Origin: Nitrosopumilus sp. | GTDB taxonomy: Archaea; Thermoproteota; Nitrososphaeria; Nitrososphaerales; Nitrosopumilaceae | Length of the DNA: 38,888 nucleotides | Reading direction: 5' to 3' | NCBI GenBank assembly: GCA_013002265.1 | Contig: JABDKK010000021.1 | Coordinates: forward strand, 1 to 38,888 | Shown here: positions 18,125-27,507 of the stretch, one piece after another | Position numbering within the stretch: the stretch's first letter is position 1 | How the letters are laid out: every line of letters starts with the position of its first letter | Position numbers and translations under genes: made by a program | The notes under the pieces: model-generated | Seen by the model: the letters and a program-made list of their open reading frames with translations, nothing else | Database searches by the model: none | What the model was told of the DNA's origin: nothing

Positions 18125-18808
18125 ATGAAATGGCATTTTGATGATTTCATCTATGGTTCTATAGATGGTGCGGTGACAACTTTTGCTATTGTTGCTGGGG
18201 TAATGGGGGCATCATTACCAGCAGGAATTATCTTAATTTTGGGATTTGCAAATTTATTTGCAGATGGATTTTCAATGGCTGTTTCTAATTATCAAGCATC
18301 CAAAGCAAGAAATGAATTTGTACAAATGAAAAGACGTCAGGAGGAATGGGAGATTGAAAATTTAAGAGAGGATGAAAAAGAAGAGATCAGAGAGATTTAC
18401 AGAGATAAAGGATTCAAAGATGAATTATTAGAAGAAGTCGTCAGAATAATTACGTCTAGAAAAAAAGTTTGGGTTGATACTATGATGAAAGAAGAGTTAG
18501 GTTTGATTGAGGATTCAAAAAACCCAGTTCATAGTTCAATTAGCACATTTGTTGGTTTTAATTTGATTGGAATAATTCCATTAATTCCGTTTATGATTTT
18601 TGTATTAATTGGAACTGAATTGAATTCAGAAGCTTTTCTTTATTCTGTAATATCAGTAATGTCAGCATTTTTTATTGTTGGAATGATTAAGGGGAAAATT
18701 GTTAAAAAATGCTTACTTAATTCAGGAGTCAACACGTTAATTGTTGGTGGTGGAGCAGCAATAGTTGCATATGTTGTTGGATATGGTTTGCATTTATTGA
18801 TAGGATAG
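18125..18808 (+). CDS. VIT1/CCC1-family Fe/Mn transporter
   Basis: IYGSIDGAVTTFAIVAG, ANLFADGFSMA, MMKEELG. Confidence 0.92.
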   Translation: MKWHFDDFIYGSIDGAVTTFAIVAGVMGASLPAGIILILGFANLFADGFSMAVSNYQASKARNEFVQMKRRQEEWEIENLREDEKEEIREIYRDKGFKDELLEEVVRIITSRKKVWVDTMMKEELGLIEDSKNPVHSSISTFVGFNLIGIIPLIPFMIFVLIGTELNSEAFLYSVISVMSAFFIVGMIKGKIVKKCLLNSGVNTLIVGGGAAIVAYVVGYGLHLLIG

Positions 18809-18819
18809 ATTGCGTTAAC

Positions 18820-20112
18820 ATGTCTGAATTACATCGACATATGGGACTTTTTCATCTTACAATGTATGGAGTTGGATTAATTCTTGGTGCAGGAATTTAT
18901 GTATTAATTGGCGAAGCAGCTGGATTTGCTGGAAATTCAATGTGGATTTCATTTCTACTTGGTGCAGTCGTAGCAATTTTTGCAGGATTAAGTTATGCAG
19001 AATTATCAGCTTTATTTCCTAAAGCTGCTGCAGAATATACTTTTGTTAAAAATGCATTCAAAAATAATTTTTTTGGTTTTATTATAGGTTGGTTAACAGC
19101 AATTACTTCAGTTATTGTAGCAGCTACAGTATCTTTAGGATTTGGAGGATATCTTACACAATTTATTGATCTTCCAATTACAATTGGTGCAATATTTCTA
19201 ATTGGGATTTTATCAGTGGTTAATTTTATTGGAATCAAAGAATCTGCTTGGGCAAACACAATATTTGCAATAATTACATCAGGTGGATTAGTTTTCATAA
19301 TTTTTCTTGGATTCACAATTGAACCTAGTGAACCAATTGATTATTTTGATGCGCCAAATGGAATTACTGGAATTATTCTTGCATTTGTATTGATTTTTTT
19401 TGCGTTTATTGGTTTTGAGGATATGGCAAATGTAGCTGAGGAAGTTAGGAGACCGCATAAAGTAATTCCAAGAGCAATAATTTTATCAATTTTAATTACA
19501 GGCGTTATCTACATTTTAGTTTCATTATCAGCAATTCGACTTTTAAATTGGGAGGATTTAGCAGTATCATCAGCACCACTTGCAGATGTGGCTCATTCAG
19601 CAGTTGGAATAAATGGAAGTATTACTTTGTCCCTAATTGCACTATTTGCTACTGCAAGTACAGTTTTAATTACATTGGTTGCTGGGGCTAGAATCATGTA
19701 TGGAATGGCAAAGAGTAATTCTTTGCCTAAGTTTTTATCTAAAATTCATCCTAAAACCAAAACTCCATGGATAGCAGTTATTGTAATTTTGGCAGCCTCG
19801 ATTGGATTCACATTTGTTGGAGACATTGTAATTATTGCAAATATTGTTGTTTTTGCGGTAGTGATCACATTTGCAGTAATTAATCTCTCAGTGATTGTAC
19901 TTCGTTATACAGAACCAAAATTAGAACGGCCATTTAGAGTTCCAATGAATATTGGAAAATTTCCAATTTTACCATTATTTGGATTTGGAACTACAGTTTA
20001 CATGGCATTACAGTTTGAGGTTGAAGTTGTATTGGTTGGAATAATTATTATTGGAATAGGTTCAATATTGTATTATATTTTTAAAAAACAAAATAAAATA
20101 ACAGATAAATAA
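18820..20112 (+). CDS. APC-superfamily amino acid permease
   Basis: GLILGAGIY, SYAEL, FAFIGFE, AEEV; about 12 TM segments. Confidence 0.92.
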   Translation: MSELHRHMGLFHLTMYGVGLILGAGIYVLIGEAAGFAGNSMWISFLLGAVVAIFAGLSYAELSALFPKAAAEYTFVKNAFKNNFFGFIIGWLTAITSVIVAATVSLGFGGYLTQFIDLPITIGAIFLIGILSVVNFIGIKESAWANTIFAIITSGGLVFIIFLGFTIEPSEPIDYFDAPNGITGIILAFVLIFFAFIGFEDMANVAEEVRRPHKVIPRAIILSILITGVIYILVSLSAIRLLNWEDLAVSSAPLADVAHSAVGINGSITLSLIALFATASTVLITLVAGARIMYGMAKSNSLPKFLSKIHPKTKTPWIAVIVILAASIGFTFVGDIVIIANIVVFAVVITFAVINLSVIVLRYTEPKLERPFRVPMNIGKFPILPLFGFGTTVYMALQFEVEVVLVGIIIIGIGSILYYIFKKQNKITDK

Positions 20113-20745
20113 TTATTTTTTTGATTTTACAAATGCAAATGATGCAATAACTATTCCTATAATCCCCATCATAACTCCTACATATCCTATATCCATTTGT
20201 TTGGATTCTTGCAGAGAATTTACAGATTCCTTTAAATCATGAATTTCTGCAATTAAGGATGTGTGACCGTCAATAATTTGATTTAATGTTAGATCGGATG
20301 GTTGGGGAAATTCTATCCATTCTCTTTCTTCTACTTTTGGAGGATGCATTGAAAGGCTAATAGAAGTATCATTAATTGTTCCCAAAATGTTTGCTTGATA
20401 GAATCCAGCAAGAGTAGGATTAACGAATGCGTAATATTTTCCAGGAACATTGTGATCCGGAGACAATGGCAGAATTATGCTTTCATCTTTGTAAACTAAT
20501 TGGATTTTAACTGAATTTTTTAATCCTTCTATTCCATTGTTGAATACTTGCTCCTTGAGCTCTAATCCAGGAACAAGAGGACTAGCATAGAACTCAATTG
20601 CATTAGTCTCTCCAGAAACAACTGGCTCATTCATCCAACCAATTTCTACTCTGTATTCACCAACTGAATCCACTGTATGTGCATAAGCAATTTCAGATAA
20701 ACCTGGTACAAGTATCAAAATTAAAAATATGAAATTAAATTTCAA
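20113..20745 (-). CDS. Exported, C-terminally anchored hypothetical protein with predicted mature N-terminal His
   Basis: Signal peptide ending AYA|H; C-terminal TM helix followed by KSKK. Confidence 0.7.
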   Translation of the reverse strand: MKFNFIFLILILVPGLSEIAYAHTVDSVGEYRVEIGWMNEPVVSGETNAIEFYASPLVPGLELKEQVFNNGIEGLKNSVKIQLVYKDESIILPLSPDHNVPGKYYAFVNPTLAGFYQANILGTINDTSISLSMHPPKVEEREWIEFPQPSDLTLNQIIDGHTSLIAEIHDLKESVNSLQESKQMDIGYVGVMMGIIGIVIASFAFVKSKK

Positions 20746-20808
20746 TGCTAAAAAATGTTAATATGATTTTAAAAATGTTATAGTTACTTTCTTAAAATGA
20801 AGTTAAAG

Positions 20809-22254
20809 TTAAGCATCTGCATACATAGAGACTTCCCAAGCAGTAGGAGTTTGTGCAAAAGCGGTATATTCCTTATATTTTAGTGATGAATACTGATCTA
20901 GGAAGTCTTGAGTAAATACTTCTTCTAAAAATTTTGAATCACTTTTCAATGAATCAAGTGCTCCCTTGAGGGATACAGGAAGACCGCCAATTTTGTATTC
21001 TCTTTTTTTTTCTGCAGAAAGTTTGTAAACATTTTCTTCTATAGGATCACCAGGATCAGTTTTGTTTTTTATTCCATCTAATCCAGCTAACAATAATGCA
21101 GCTTCTAAAAGATAAATATTTGCAGTAGGATCAGGAACACGGTATTCAATTCTCTTACTTTTTGATTGATTTCTGGTGTACATTGGAACTCGAATAGCTG
21201 CTGATCTGTTTGCTAATCCCCAACATACGTTTACAGGAGCTTCAAATCCAGGAACAAGACGTTTGTAGGAATTTGTTGTAGGATTTGAAATTGCACATAG
21301 AGCTGATGCATGATCTAATATTCCACCAATATAATATCTACCAATCTGACTCATCTGAGCAGCAGAATCGTTTTCATCATACATAACATTAGTATTATTA
21401 TTCCATAGACTTTGATGAGTATGCATTGCCGATGCATTATCTCCAAAAATTGGTTTTGGCATAAATGTTGCAACTTTGTTTTTCCGTTTAGCTTTAACTT
21501 TAACTAAATTTTTTACAGCAATTACATTATCAGCCATAGCTATCATTTCATCGTATACTAAATTGATTTCACATTGTCCAGAAGTAGCAACTTCATGGTG
21601 TTCTGCCTCAATTTTTATTCCAAAATAATTATACAAATCATCGCAGACATCTTTTCGAAATCCCTCAAGCGTATCTTTAGGTTGTGATGGATAGTAGCCC
21701 TCCTTGATATCTATAGCCGTACTAACATTACCTTTAGCCCATGGAGATTCCTTAGATTCGATTGAATATCCTGAACCCCCGTACGAATGGGTTGCAGCAT
21801 ATGGTGACGGATAAACATTGATTGTATCAAATACAAAAAATTCTATTTCAGGACCCCAGTTAGTATGAGTTAATCCAAATTCTTTTAATTTTTCTGATGC
21901 CTTTGATGCAATTCCTCTAGAATCTCTATTGTATCTTGATTCTTTTTGTGTGTTACCATCATATAGATCACAAAAGATTCTTGCATTCTTTCTATTACCA
22001 GGATCATAATCATTTGGAAGAATTCTAAATGAATTTGGATCTGGCAGTAAAATCATATCAGAGTTATTTACTGATTTGAATCCAACAATGGAGCTTGCAT
22101 CTAATTTTTCAAGTCCTGTATCAAAACTACTTTTATCAATTGCATAACTTGGCATTCCAACATTGTGAAGTTCTCCAAAAATATCTACAAACCAAAAATC
22201 AATAAATGAAATTTTTTCAGTTTGAATCGTTTCTAAAACTTGATCTGAATTCAA
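20809..22254 (-). CDS. glnA: Glutamine synthetase type I paralogue (motif-altered)
   Basis: GPEIEFF, HHEVATSGQCEI, FMPKP, NSYKRLVPGFEAP, NRSAAIR, RIEYR; variant DASSI and NASAMH. Confidence 0.85.
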   Translation of the reverse strand: MNSDQVLETIQTEKISFIDFWFVDIFGELHNVGMPSYAIDKSSFDTGLEKLDASSIVGFKSVNNSDMILLPDPNSFRILPNDYDPGNRKNARIFCDLYDGNTQKESRYNRDSRGIASKASEKLKEFGLTHTNWGPEIEFFVFDTINVYPSPYAATHSYGGSGYSIESKESPWAKGNVSTAIDIKEGYYPSQPKDTLEGFRKDVCDDLYNYFGIKIEAEHHEVATSGQCEINLVYDEMIAMADNVIAVKNLVKVKAKRKNKVATFMPKPIFGDNASAMHTHQSLWNNNTNVMYDENDSAAQMSQIGRYYIGGILDHASALCAISNPTTNSYKRLVPGFEAPVNVCWGLANRSAAIRVPMYTRNQSKSKRIEYRVPDPTANIYLLEAALLLAGLDGIKNKTDPGDPIEENVYKLSAEKKREYKIGGLPVSLKGALDSLKSDSKFLEEVFTQDFLDQYSSLKYKEYTAFAQTPTAWEVSMYADA

Positions 22255-22324
22255 TTATTGTTTTTTCTAGTTTATTTTACTAATATTATCTAGTAAGTTA
22301 GAATTGTCAATATGGTCAGAAATT

Positions 22325-23689
22325 CTAAGATTCTGGGTAATCCTCTACTGGGTTTGTTTTTTTAAAGTTCTTTAACTCATCTTCAAAGAAGAATTTATCA
22401 GTTAATGCTGGTTTTAAGTCATCCAACCAAATTGCATTCTCATCATATTTTGCAAAGAATGGTACTTGAACCCAGTTAGGATTTCTTCCTTGTAAAAATC
22501 TTAAAACAATCACTTTTTGATCATGAAGATCTGCTGTTCCAATTACATGTACTTTTCCAGGAGTTGCTGACATACTAGGTCCACGAACTGTTCTTGCTAA
22601 CCCACTTACTGAAGAATATGCTTTTCTAAAAATATTATATGCCTTTACCAGTGGAACTCCGAAATAATGCTGAGCACCTGTATCTCTAACCACAAACATG
22701 TAATATGGAACACAACCTAGCTGGACCTGTTTGGTCCACATTTTTGTCCACATTTCTGCATCATCATTGATATGTGCCAAAAGTGGAGATTGCGTTCTAA
22801 TTATTGCGCCAGTATCTCTTACTGCATTAATTGCTTGAACTACTGCATCAGTTGATAATTCATTTAGATGATTAAAGTGAGCCATAAATGCAAGATGTAA
22901 TCCACTTTTGGTTATCTTTCTAAATACATCTAACATTTCCTGTGAATCAGCATCTGTCAAAAATTTGTAAGGCCAATAAGAAAGAGATTTTGTTCCAATT
23001 CTAATTGTTTTAAGATTTGGAAGTTTAGCATCAATTAAGATATCAACGTATTTTGAAAACATTTTTGCTTTCATTATCATTGGATCTCCTCCTGTAAACA
23101 GAACATCAGAAATTTCTGGATGCTCTCTAAGATATTGAACGAGCTGATCGCCTTCTTGCATAGCAAATTTCATTTCATCCATTCCCACAAATTGTGGCCA
23201 TCTAAAACAAAAACTACAGTATGCATGGCAAGTTTGACTTTGGCTAGGGAAGAACAGACAGGTTTCGTTGTACTTGTGTTGCATTCCATATAATTTGGTG
23301 CCATCCTTTAGTGTTGGAACATTTAATTCCATTTGGCCTGCTGGATGAGGATTAAGTTGTAAACGTATTTCATTTGCAATTGATGCAATTTCTTTTTTAT
23401 CAGCGTTATTTTTTAGTGCAGTTGCCATTCTGTCATAATGTTCTGGTTTTAGCATTCCTTTTTGAGGAAATGTCAAGACATACATTGGATCATTTGGGAT
23501 GTTATTCCAATCGATTAATTGCTCAACAACGTAGTTATTTGCTTTAAATGGCAAAACATTTCCAACTACTTCCATTTCAAATTTAGTTTCTTCAGAAAGT
23601 TTCTGAATTTGAGGAAGTTGGCGAAAATTTGATAAGGTATAGGATTTTAGTGAGGGGGAATCATCCCAAACAGTTGCCTGATATGTCAT
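22325..23689 (-). CDS. KamA-family radical SAM, PLP-dependent amino acid 2,3-aminomutase
   Basis: HKY, CHAYCSFCFR (CxxxCxxC), VLFTGGDP, IRIGT, HFNH, IND, PYYMF, PGK. Confidence 0.88.
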   Translation of the reverse strand: MTYQATVWDDSPSLKSYTLSNFRQLPQIQKLSEETKFEMEVVGNVLPFKANNYVVEQLIDWNNIPNDPMYVLTFPQKGMLKPEHYDRMATALKNNADKKEIASIANEIRLQLNPHPAGQMELNVPTLKDGTKLYGMQHKYNETCLFFPSQSQTCHAYCSFCFRWPQFVGMDEMKFAMQEGDQLVQYLREHPEISDVLFTGGDPMIMKAKMFSKYVDILIDAKLPNLKTIRIGTKSLSYWPYKFLTDADSQEMLDVFRKITKSGLHLAFMAHFNHLNELSTDAVVQAINAVRDTGAIIRTQSPLLAHINDDAEMWTKMWTKQVQLGCVPYYMFVVRDTGAQHYFGVPLVKAYNIFRKAYSSVSGLARTVRGPSMSATPGKVHVIGTADLHDQKVIVLRFLQGRNPNWVQVPFFAKYDENAIWLDDLKPALTDKFFFEDELKNFKKTNPVEDYPES

Positions 23690-23845
23690 TTTAGTTACTA
23701 ATACAGTTACCCTTGTTAAAGGTTACAGGTTTTTCTATGCGTAAAAAAATTTTATATTTTATAAAAACCGAATTTTAAACTCAATTAGATATGAAAAAAC
23801 AGGTTAACCTTTGTATTCAAGAAAAAAATAGAAAAAGGGATCTAA

Positions 23846-25639
23846 ATGGCTGAGGAGATTATTGAAGCAGTTGTAGAACAAACAAACGAATTTCAAAATA
23901 TTTCTGAATTAATAGCATCTTCAGAGTCATTACAAATAGCGTTTACAGTCTTAATTATTGGGATTTTAGGCATAACAATTGTTTATCGTTTTTTTTCAAA
24001 ATGGGTTTCATCTCAAAAATTTACCTATTTTAGGCCACATCTTTCAAGATTTGTTAGGGTAGGAGTATTACCGTTTTTTGCAATAATTTTAATCACTAGT
24101 ATGAATGCGTATATTCAATCATTTGAGTTATTTGACGATATTATAATGTCAGAGTCGGATGGAATTTTTTCAGATGAATTAGACAAGTCTGTATCTGAAA
24201 AGAATGCACAGAATTTATCTTCTGCTAAAACATTTGCAAAAATTCTCAATACAATTAACATTCTAGTAATCGGTTATTCAGTTGCACATCTTATTCCAAT
24301 AATTATTTCTAAAAGAGAAAAATCACATCTTGAAAAAGAAGACTATGAAGCATGGAAAGATATGAGAGGCTTTCAAGATGATGAAAATGATTTATTTCAT
24401 AAATGTTTCAAATGGGTTCCTCCAAAACACACACCAGAAGACATTTCTGATGAGGATTTTTTGGAGAATCTAAAAACAGAAGAAGGTCGAAAGTTTCTAG
24501 AGGAGTTCCGAACAACAAAAGGACTACCAATTGGAAGTTATGAACAATTAGTAAAAGATCCATTCGAGATATGGAAAAATTCTGAGAGAAAAAAGTATCG
24601 TGATTATTTTAAACAATGTGTTACAGGAGATAATCAATCAGGGAAAAAACTTAGACTGGGACAAGAAGATGAAGAAATTTATCCAATTGATACATGGAGA
24701 GAAGAAAAAAGATTAGAATCGTACGATCCAATTATTGCTGGTGGAAGACCACCAGGTTATGCAACAAGAAAGAGAAAAAATCTTCCAAAATCCATAAGCC
24801 AAATTTTACCTCTAGGAATTTTTGTTGCAGTTATAATTGGAGTAATTAATTGGTGGGGAGTTGATCTTTTTGTTTTAGCAACCGCAACAGGAGGATTAGC
24901 AATTGGAGTAGGATTAGCTTTACAGGAAACTATGCAGAACTATTTTGCATATATTTTGATAAGAAAAGACAAAATATTTTCTGAAGGTGAACGTGTCAAA
25001 CTAGATACTGGATATAATGGCTATGTACATAAAATCACGCCTAGAGTAACCTACATCAGAGATGCATTAAACGAGTCATTTGCAGTAATTCCTACAAGAC
25101 AATTGGTCAATGCTCAGATTATCAATTTCTCAAAAGAGATCAAAATGGTTCCAGCAATAGTCGAAGTTGGAGTTTCGTATCTTAATAATCCAAAACAAGT
25201 AGCTGCAATTCTTGTAAAAGTTGGAAAGCGGGCTATGAAGGAATCAATTGATAGTAAGGGCAGACATCTTGTTACACAGTTAAGATGTCCATATTTAGAA
25301 GAAAACAAACCTAGTTGTGGATGTGATAAAGATATTCATGTAGATATTAATCAGCCAGTTGTTAGATTTAATCAATTCAATGATTCATCATTAGATTTTT
25401 CGTTGTGGCTTTATGTCAGAGATTATGGTTCTCAATTCAAAGCTAAAACAGAAATGAGGATGATTATGTACGAGGAATTCAAAAAGTACGACATTAGAAT
25501 TCCATGGCCAATTAGAACTATCTATCAAGGTGATGAAAAACGTGAGGATGAAGAGATTAGAAAGTTTGATAGTCAAAGAAATGAGGTAGTGGAAGAATTT
25601 GGCATTGGTGATATTGGTCGTGGAAGTGGAGAGGACTAA
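23846..25639 (+). CDS. MscS-family mechanosensitive channel with large insertions
   Basis: GLAIGVGLALQETMQNYFA, FSEGERV, IPTRQL, IINFS, VGVSY, IRIPWP. Confidence 0.88.
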   Translation: MAEEIIEAVVEQTNEFQNISELIASSESLQIAFTVLIIGILGITIVYRFFSKWVSSQKFTYFRPHLSRFVRVGVLPFFAIILITSMNAYIQSFELFDDIIMSESDGIFSDELDKSVSEKNAQNLSSAKTFAKILNTINILVIGYSVAHLIPIIISKREKSHLEKEDYEAWKDMRGFQDDENDLFHKCFKWVPPKHTPEDISDEDFLENLKTEEGRKFLEEFRTTKGLPIGSYEQLVKDPFEIWKNSERKKYRDYFKQCVTGDNQSGKKLRLGQEDEEIYPIDTWREEKRLESYDPIIAGGRPPGYATRKRKNLPKSISQILPLGIFVAVIIGVINWWGVDLFVLATATGGLAIGVGLALQETMQNYFAYILIRKDKIFSEGERVKLDTGYNGYVHKITPRVTYIRDALNESFAVIPTRQLVNAQIINFSKEIKMVPAIVEVGVSYLNNPKQVAAILVKVGKRAMKESIDSKGRHLVTQLRCPYLEENKPSCGCDKDIHVDINQPVVRFNQFNDSSLDFSLWLYVRDYGSQFKAKTEMRMIMYEEFKKYDIRIPWPIRTIYQGDEKREDEEIRKFDSQRNEVVEEFGIGDIGRGSGED

Positions 25640-25678
25640 ACTTCTCAAAACTTAAGAATCCCATCAAATCACATTTCT

Positions 25679-26560
25679 TTGTTGAGTAATTTATCAGTAA
25701 TATCAGGAAAACCATCTGAAGATTTAGCTAAATGTCTGGCAAAAAGAATTAAAGCAAATCTTGTTAAATCTGAAATTAGAATTTTTCCTGATGGAGAAAG
25801 TAAAATAACACTAGTTGGAAAACTATCAAAAAAGAAATCAATTGTTGTTCAATCAATTTATCCTCCAGTAGATACCAATTTGCTTCATGCATTATCACTG
25901 ATTTCAAAAGCTAAAGAGGCATCATCGCAAGTAATTGCAGTTATTCCATATATGGGATATGCTAGACAAGACAGAGAATTTTTACCAGGAGAAGTCATAA
26001 CCATGAAAGTTTTAGCAAAACTCTTTCAATCTTCTGGTGCATCAAAGATAATTGTAGTAGATATTCATAGTTTAATTGGCCTCAAATATTTTTCAATTAA
26101 AACAAAAAATGTCACTGCAATTCCAGATCTTGTTGAATATTTTAAAAATTTGAGCCTAAAAAACCCTATTGTAATATCTCCAGATCAGGGCGGTAAAGAT
26201 AGAGCAAAGCAATTCGCAGATAAATTTGAATCCGAATGGATTGCACTTGAAAAGAAAAGAGATAGAAAAACAGGAAAGGTAAAGATCAAAACAAAAGATA
26301 TTGATGAAATTATAGGAAGAGATGTGATTTTAGTTGATGATATGATTAGTACTGGTGGTAGTATTATCGAAGCCACGCAATTTCTAAAAAAACAAAAATG
26401 CAACCAAGTGTATGTTGCATGTACACATGCACTTCTAATGAATGGCGCTGAAAAGAAAATCAAAAAAGCTGGTGTGACAAGAATTGTTAGTGCAAATACA
26501 ATTCCAAATAAAACATCAGTAGTTGATGTTTCTAAAACAATTGCAAAGGCAATAGAGTAA
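25679..26560 (+). CDS. prs: Ribose-phosphate pyrophosphokinase
   Basis: FPDGE, PYMGYARQD, DIHS, SPDQGG, VDDMISTGGS. Confidence 0.96.
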   Translation: MLSNLSVISGKPSEDLAKCLAKRIKANLVKSEIRIFPDGESKITLVGKLSKKKSIVVQSIYPPVDTNLLHALSLISKAKEASSQVIAVIPYMGYARQDREFLPGEVITMKVLAKLFQSSGASKIIVVDIHSLIGLKYFSIKTKNVTAIPDLVEYFKNLSLKNPIVISPDQGGKDRAKQFADKFESEWIALEKKRDRKTGKVKIKTKDIDEIIGRDVILVDDMISTGGSIIEATQFLKKQKCNQVYVACTHALLMNGAEKKIKKAGVTRIVSANTIPNKTSVVDVSKTIAKAIE

Positions 26561-27507
26561 TGCCAGAAAGTTTTTTTGTTCTATCTAAAGATAATTTAGA
26601 ACTTGCAATAGATGAAATTACTGCAATATCAAAAATGTATGATAGATTTTCTAAGGTGAAAGCACTAACAAATTTAGTTATTATTCAATCAAAAATCAAT
26701 TGGAATGAAATTGCTAAACGGGCTTCATTTGTCAAAGTATCAGGACAGATATTACGAAAAATGTCAGGATTATTTCTAGACGAAGACAATTTTGAAGTAT
26801 TAAAAAATGCAAAAAGTTTTGGCTGTAGAATTATTAATTTATCTTCAAATCAATTCAATATTCCCGAATTAGAAAATTCTATGGGGGATATGATATCCAA
26901 ATTTTCACATGCAAAAGTAGAACTTGAAGATCCGGATATCACAGTTTATCTAATTTTTACTAATCAAGAAAATTTTTTTGGTTTTTCAAAAAGGAGTAAA
27001 AATGATCATATTCCAAAAAAAATTAAAACCCACCCACATGAATTAGATCGAAAAATGACTCGACTGATGTTAAATCTTGTAGGACTAAAGGAGGGTGAAA
27101 CAGTATGTGATCCATTTTGTGGTACAGGCACTACCCTTTTGGAGGCTGAAACAATTGGTATTCATGCAATTGGGATAGATTTTGATAAAAAAATGTGTGA
27201 AATTTCAAAACAAAATCTCAAGGCAAATGGATACAAGTCAGAGGTCATAAATGGAGATTTTCAAGAAATGTTAAAAATTTCTGAAAAATATGATGGAATA
27301 GTAACAGATCTGCCTTATGGAAGAGCATCAAAAGTTTCTGGAAATCCTGAAAAAATTTTAAAAAAATTCTTCTCAATTTTGCCTAAAAGAAAGAAAATAG
27401 CAGTTATGTACAAAAAAGAACTTGGTGTAAATTTAAAATTAAAAGGATTAAAAAAATATGAAATCTATAGGCATAAAAGCTTGACAAGGACAATTCTGAT
27501 TAAATGA
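26560..27507 (+). CDS. THUMP-domain tRNA (guanine-N2, G10) methyltransferase, Trm11-like
   Basis: [11 protein letters not shown]-binding motif, TDLPYGR motif IV, N-terminal THUMP-like region. Confidence 0.78.
   Translation: MPESFFVLSKDNLELAIDEITAISKMYDRFSKVKALTNLVIIQSKINWNEIAKRASFVKVSGQILRKMSGLFLDEDNFEVLKNAKSFGCRIINLSSNQFNIPELENSMGDMISKFSHAKVELEDPDITVYLIFTNQENFFGFSKRSKNDHIPKKIKTHPHELDRKMTRLMLNLVGLKEGETVCDPFCGTGTTLLEAETIGIHAIGIDFDKKMCEISKQNLKANGYKSEVINGDFQEMLKISEKYDGIVTDLPYGRASKVSGNPEKILKKFFSILPKRKKIAVMYKKELGVNLKLKGLKKYEIYRHKSLTRTILIK

Noticed and set aside
22325-23689. Aminomutase as an EF-P modification enzyme (EpmB) or part of an ablAB operon
   Set aside because: Archaea use aIF5A hypusination, and neither epmA nor ablB is adjacent; a distant ablB elsewhere in the genome cannot be excluded.
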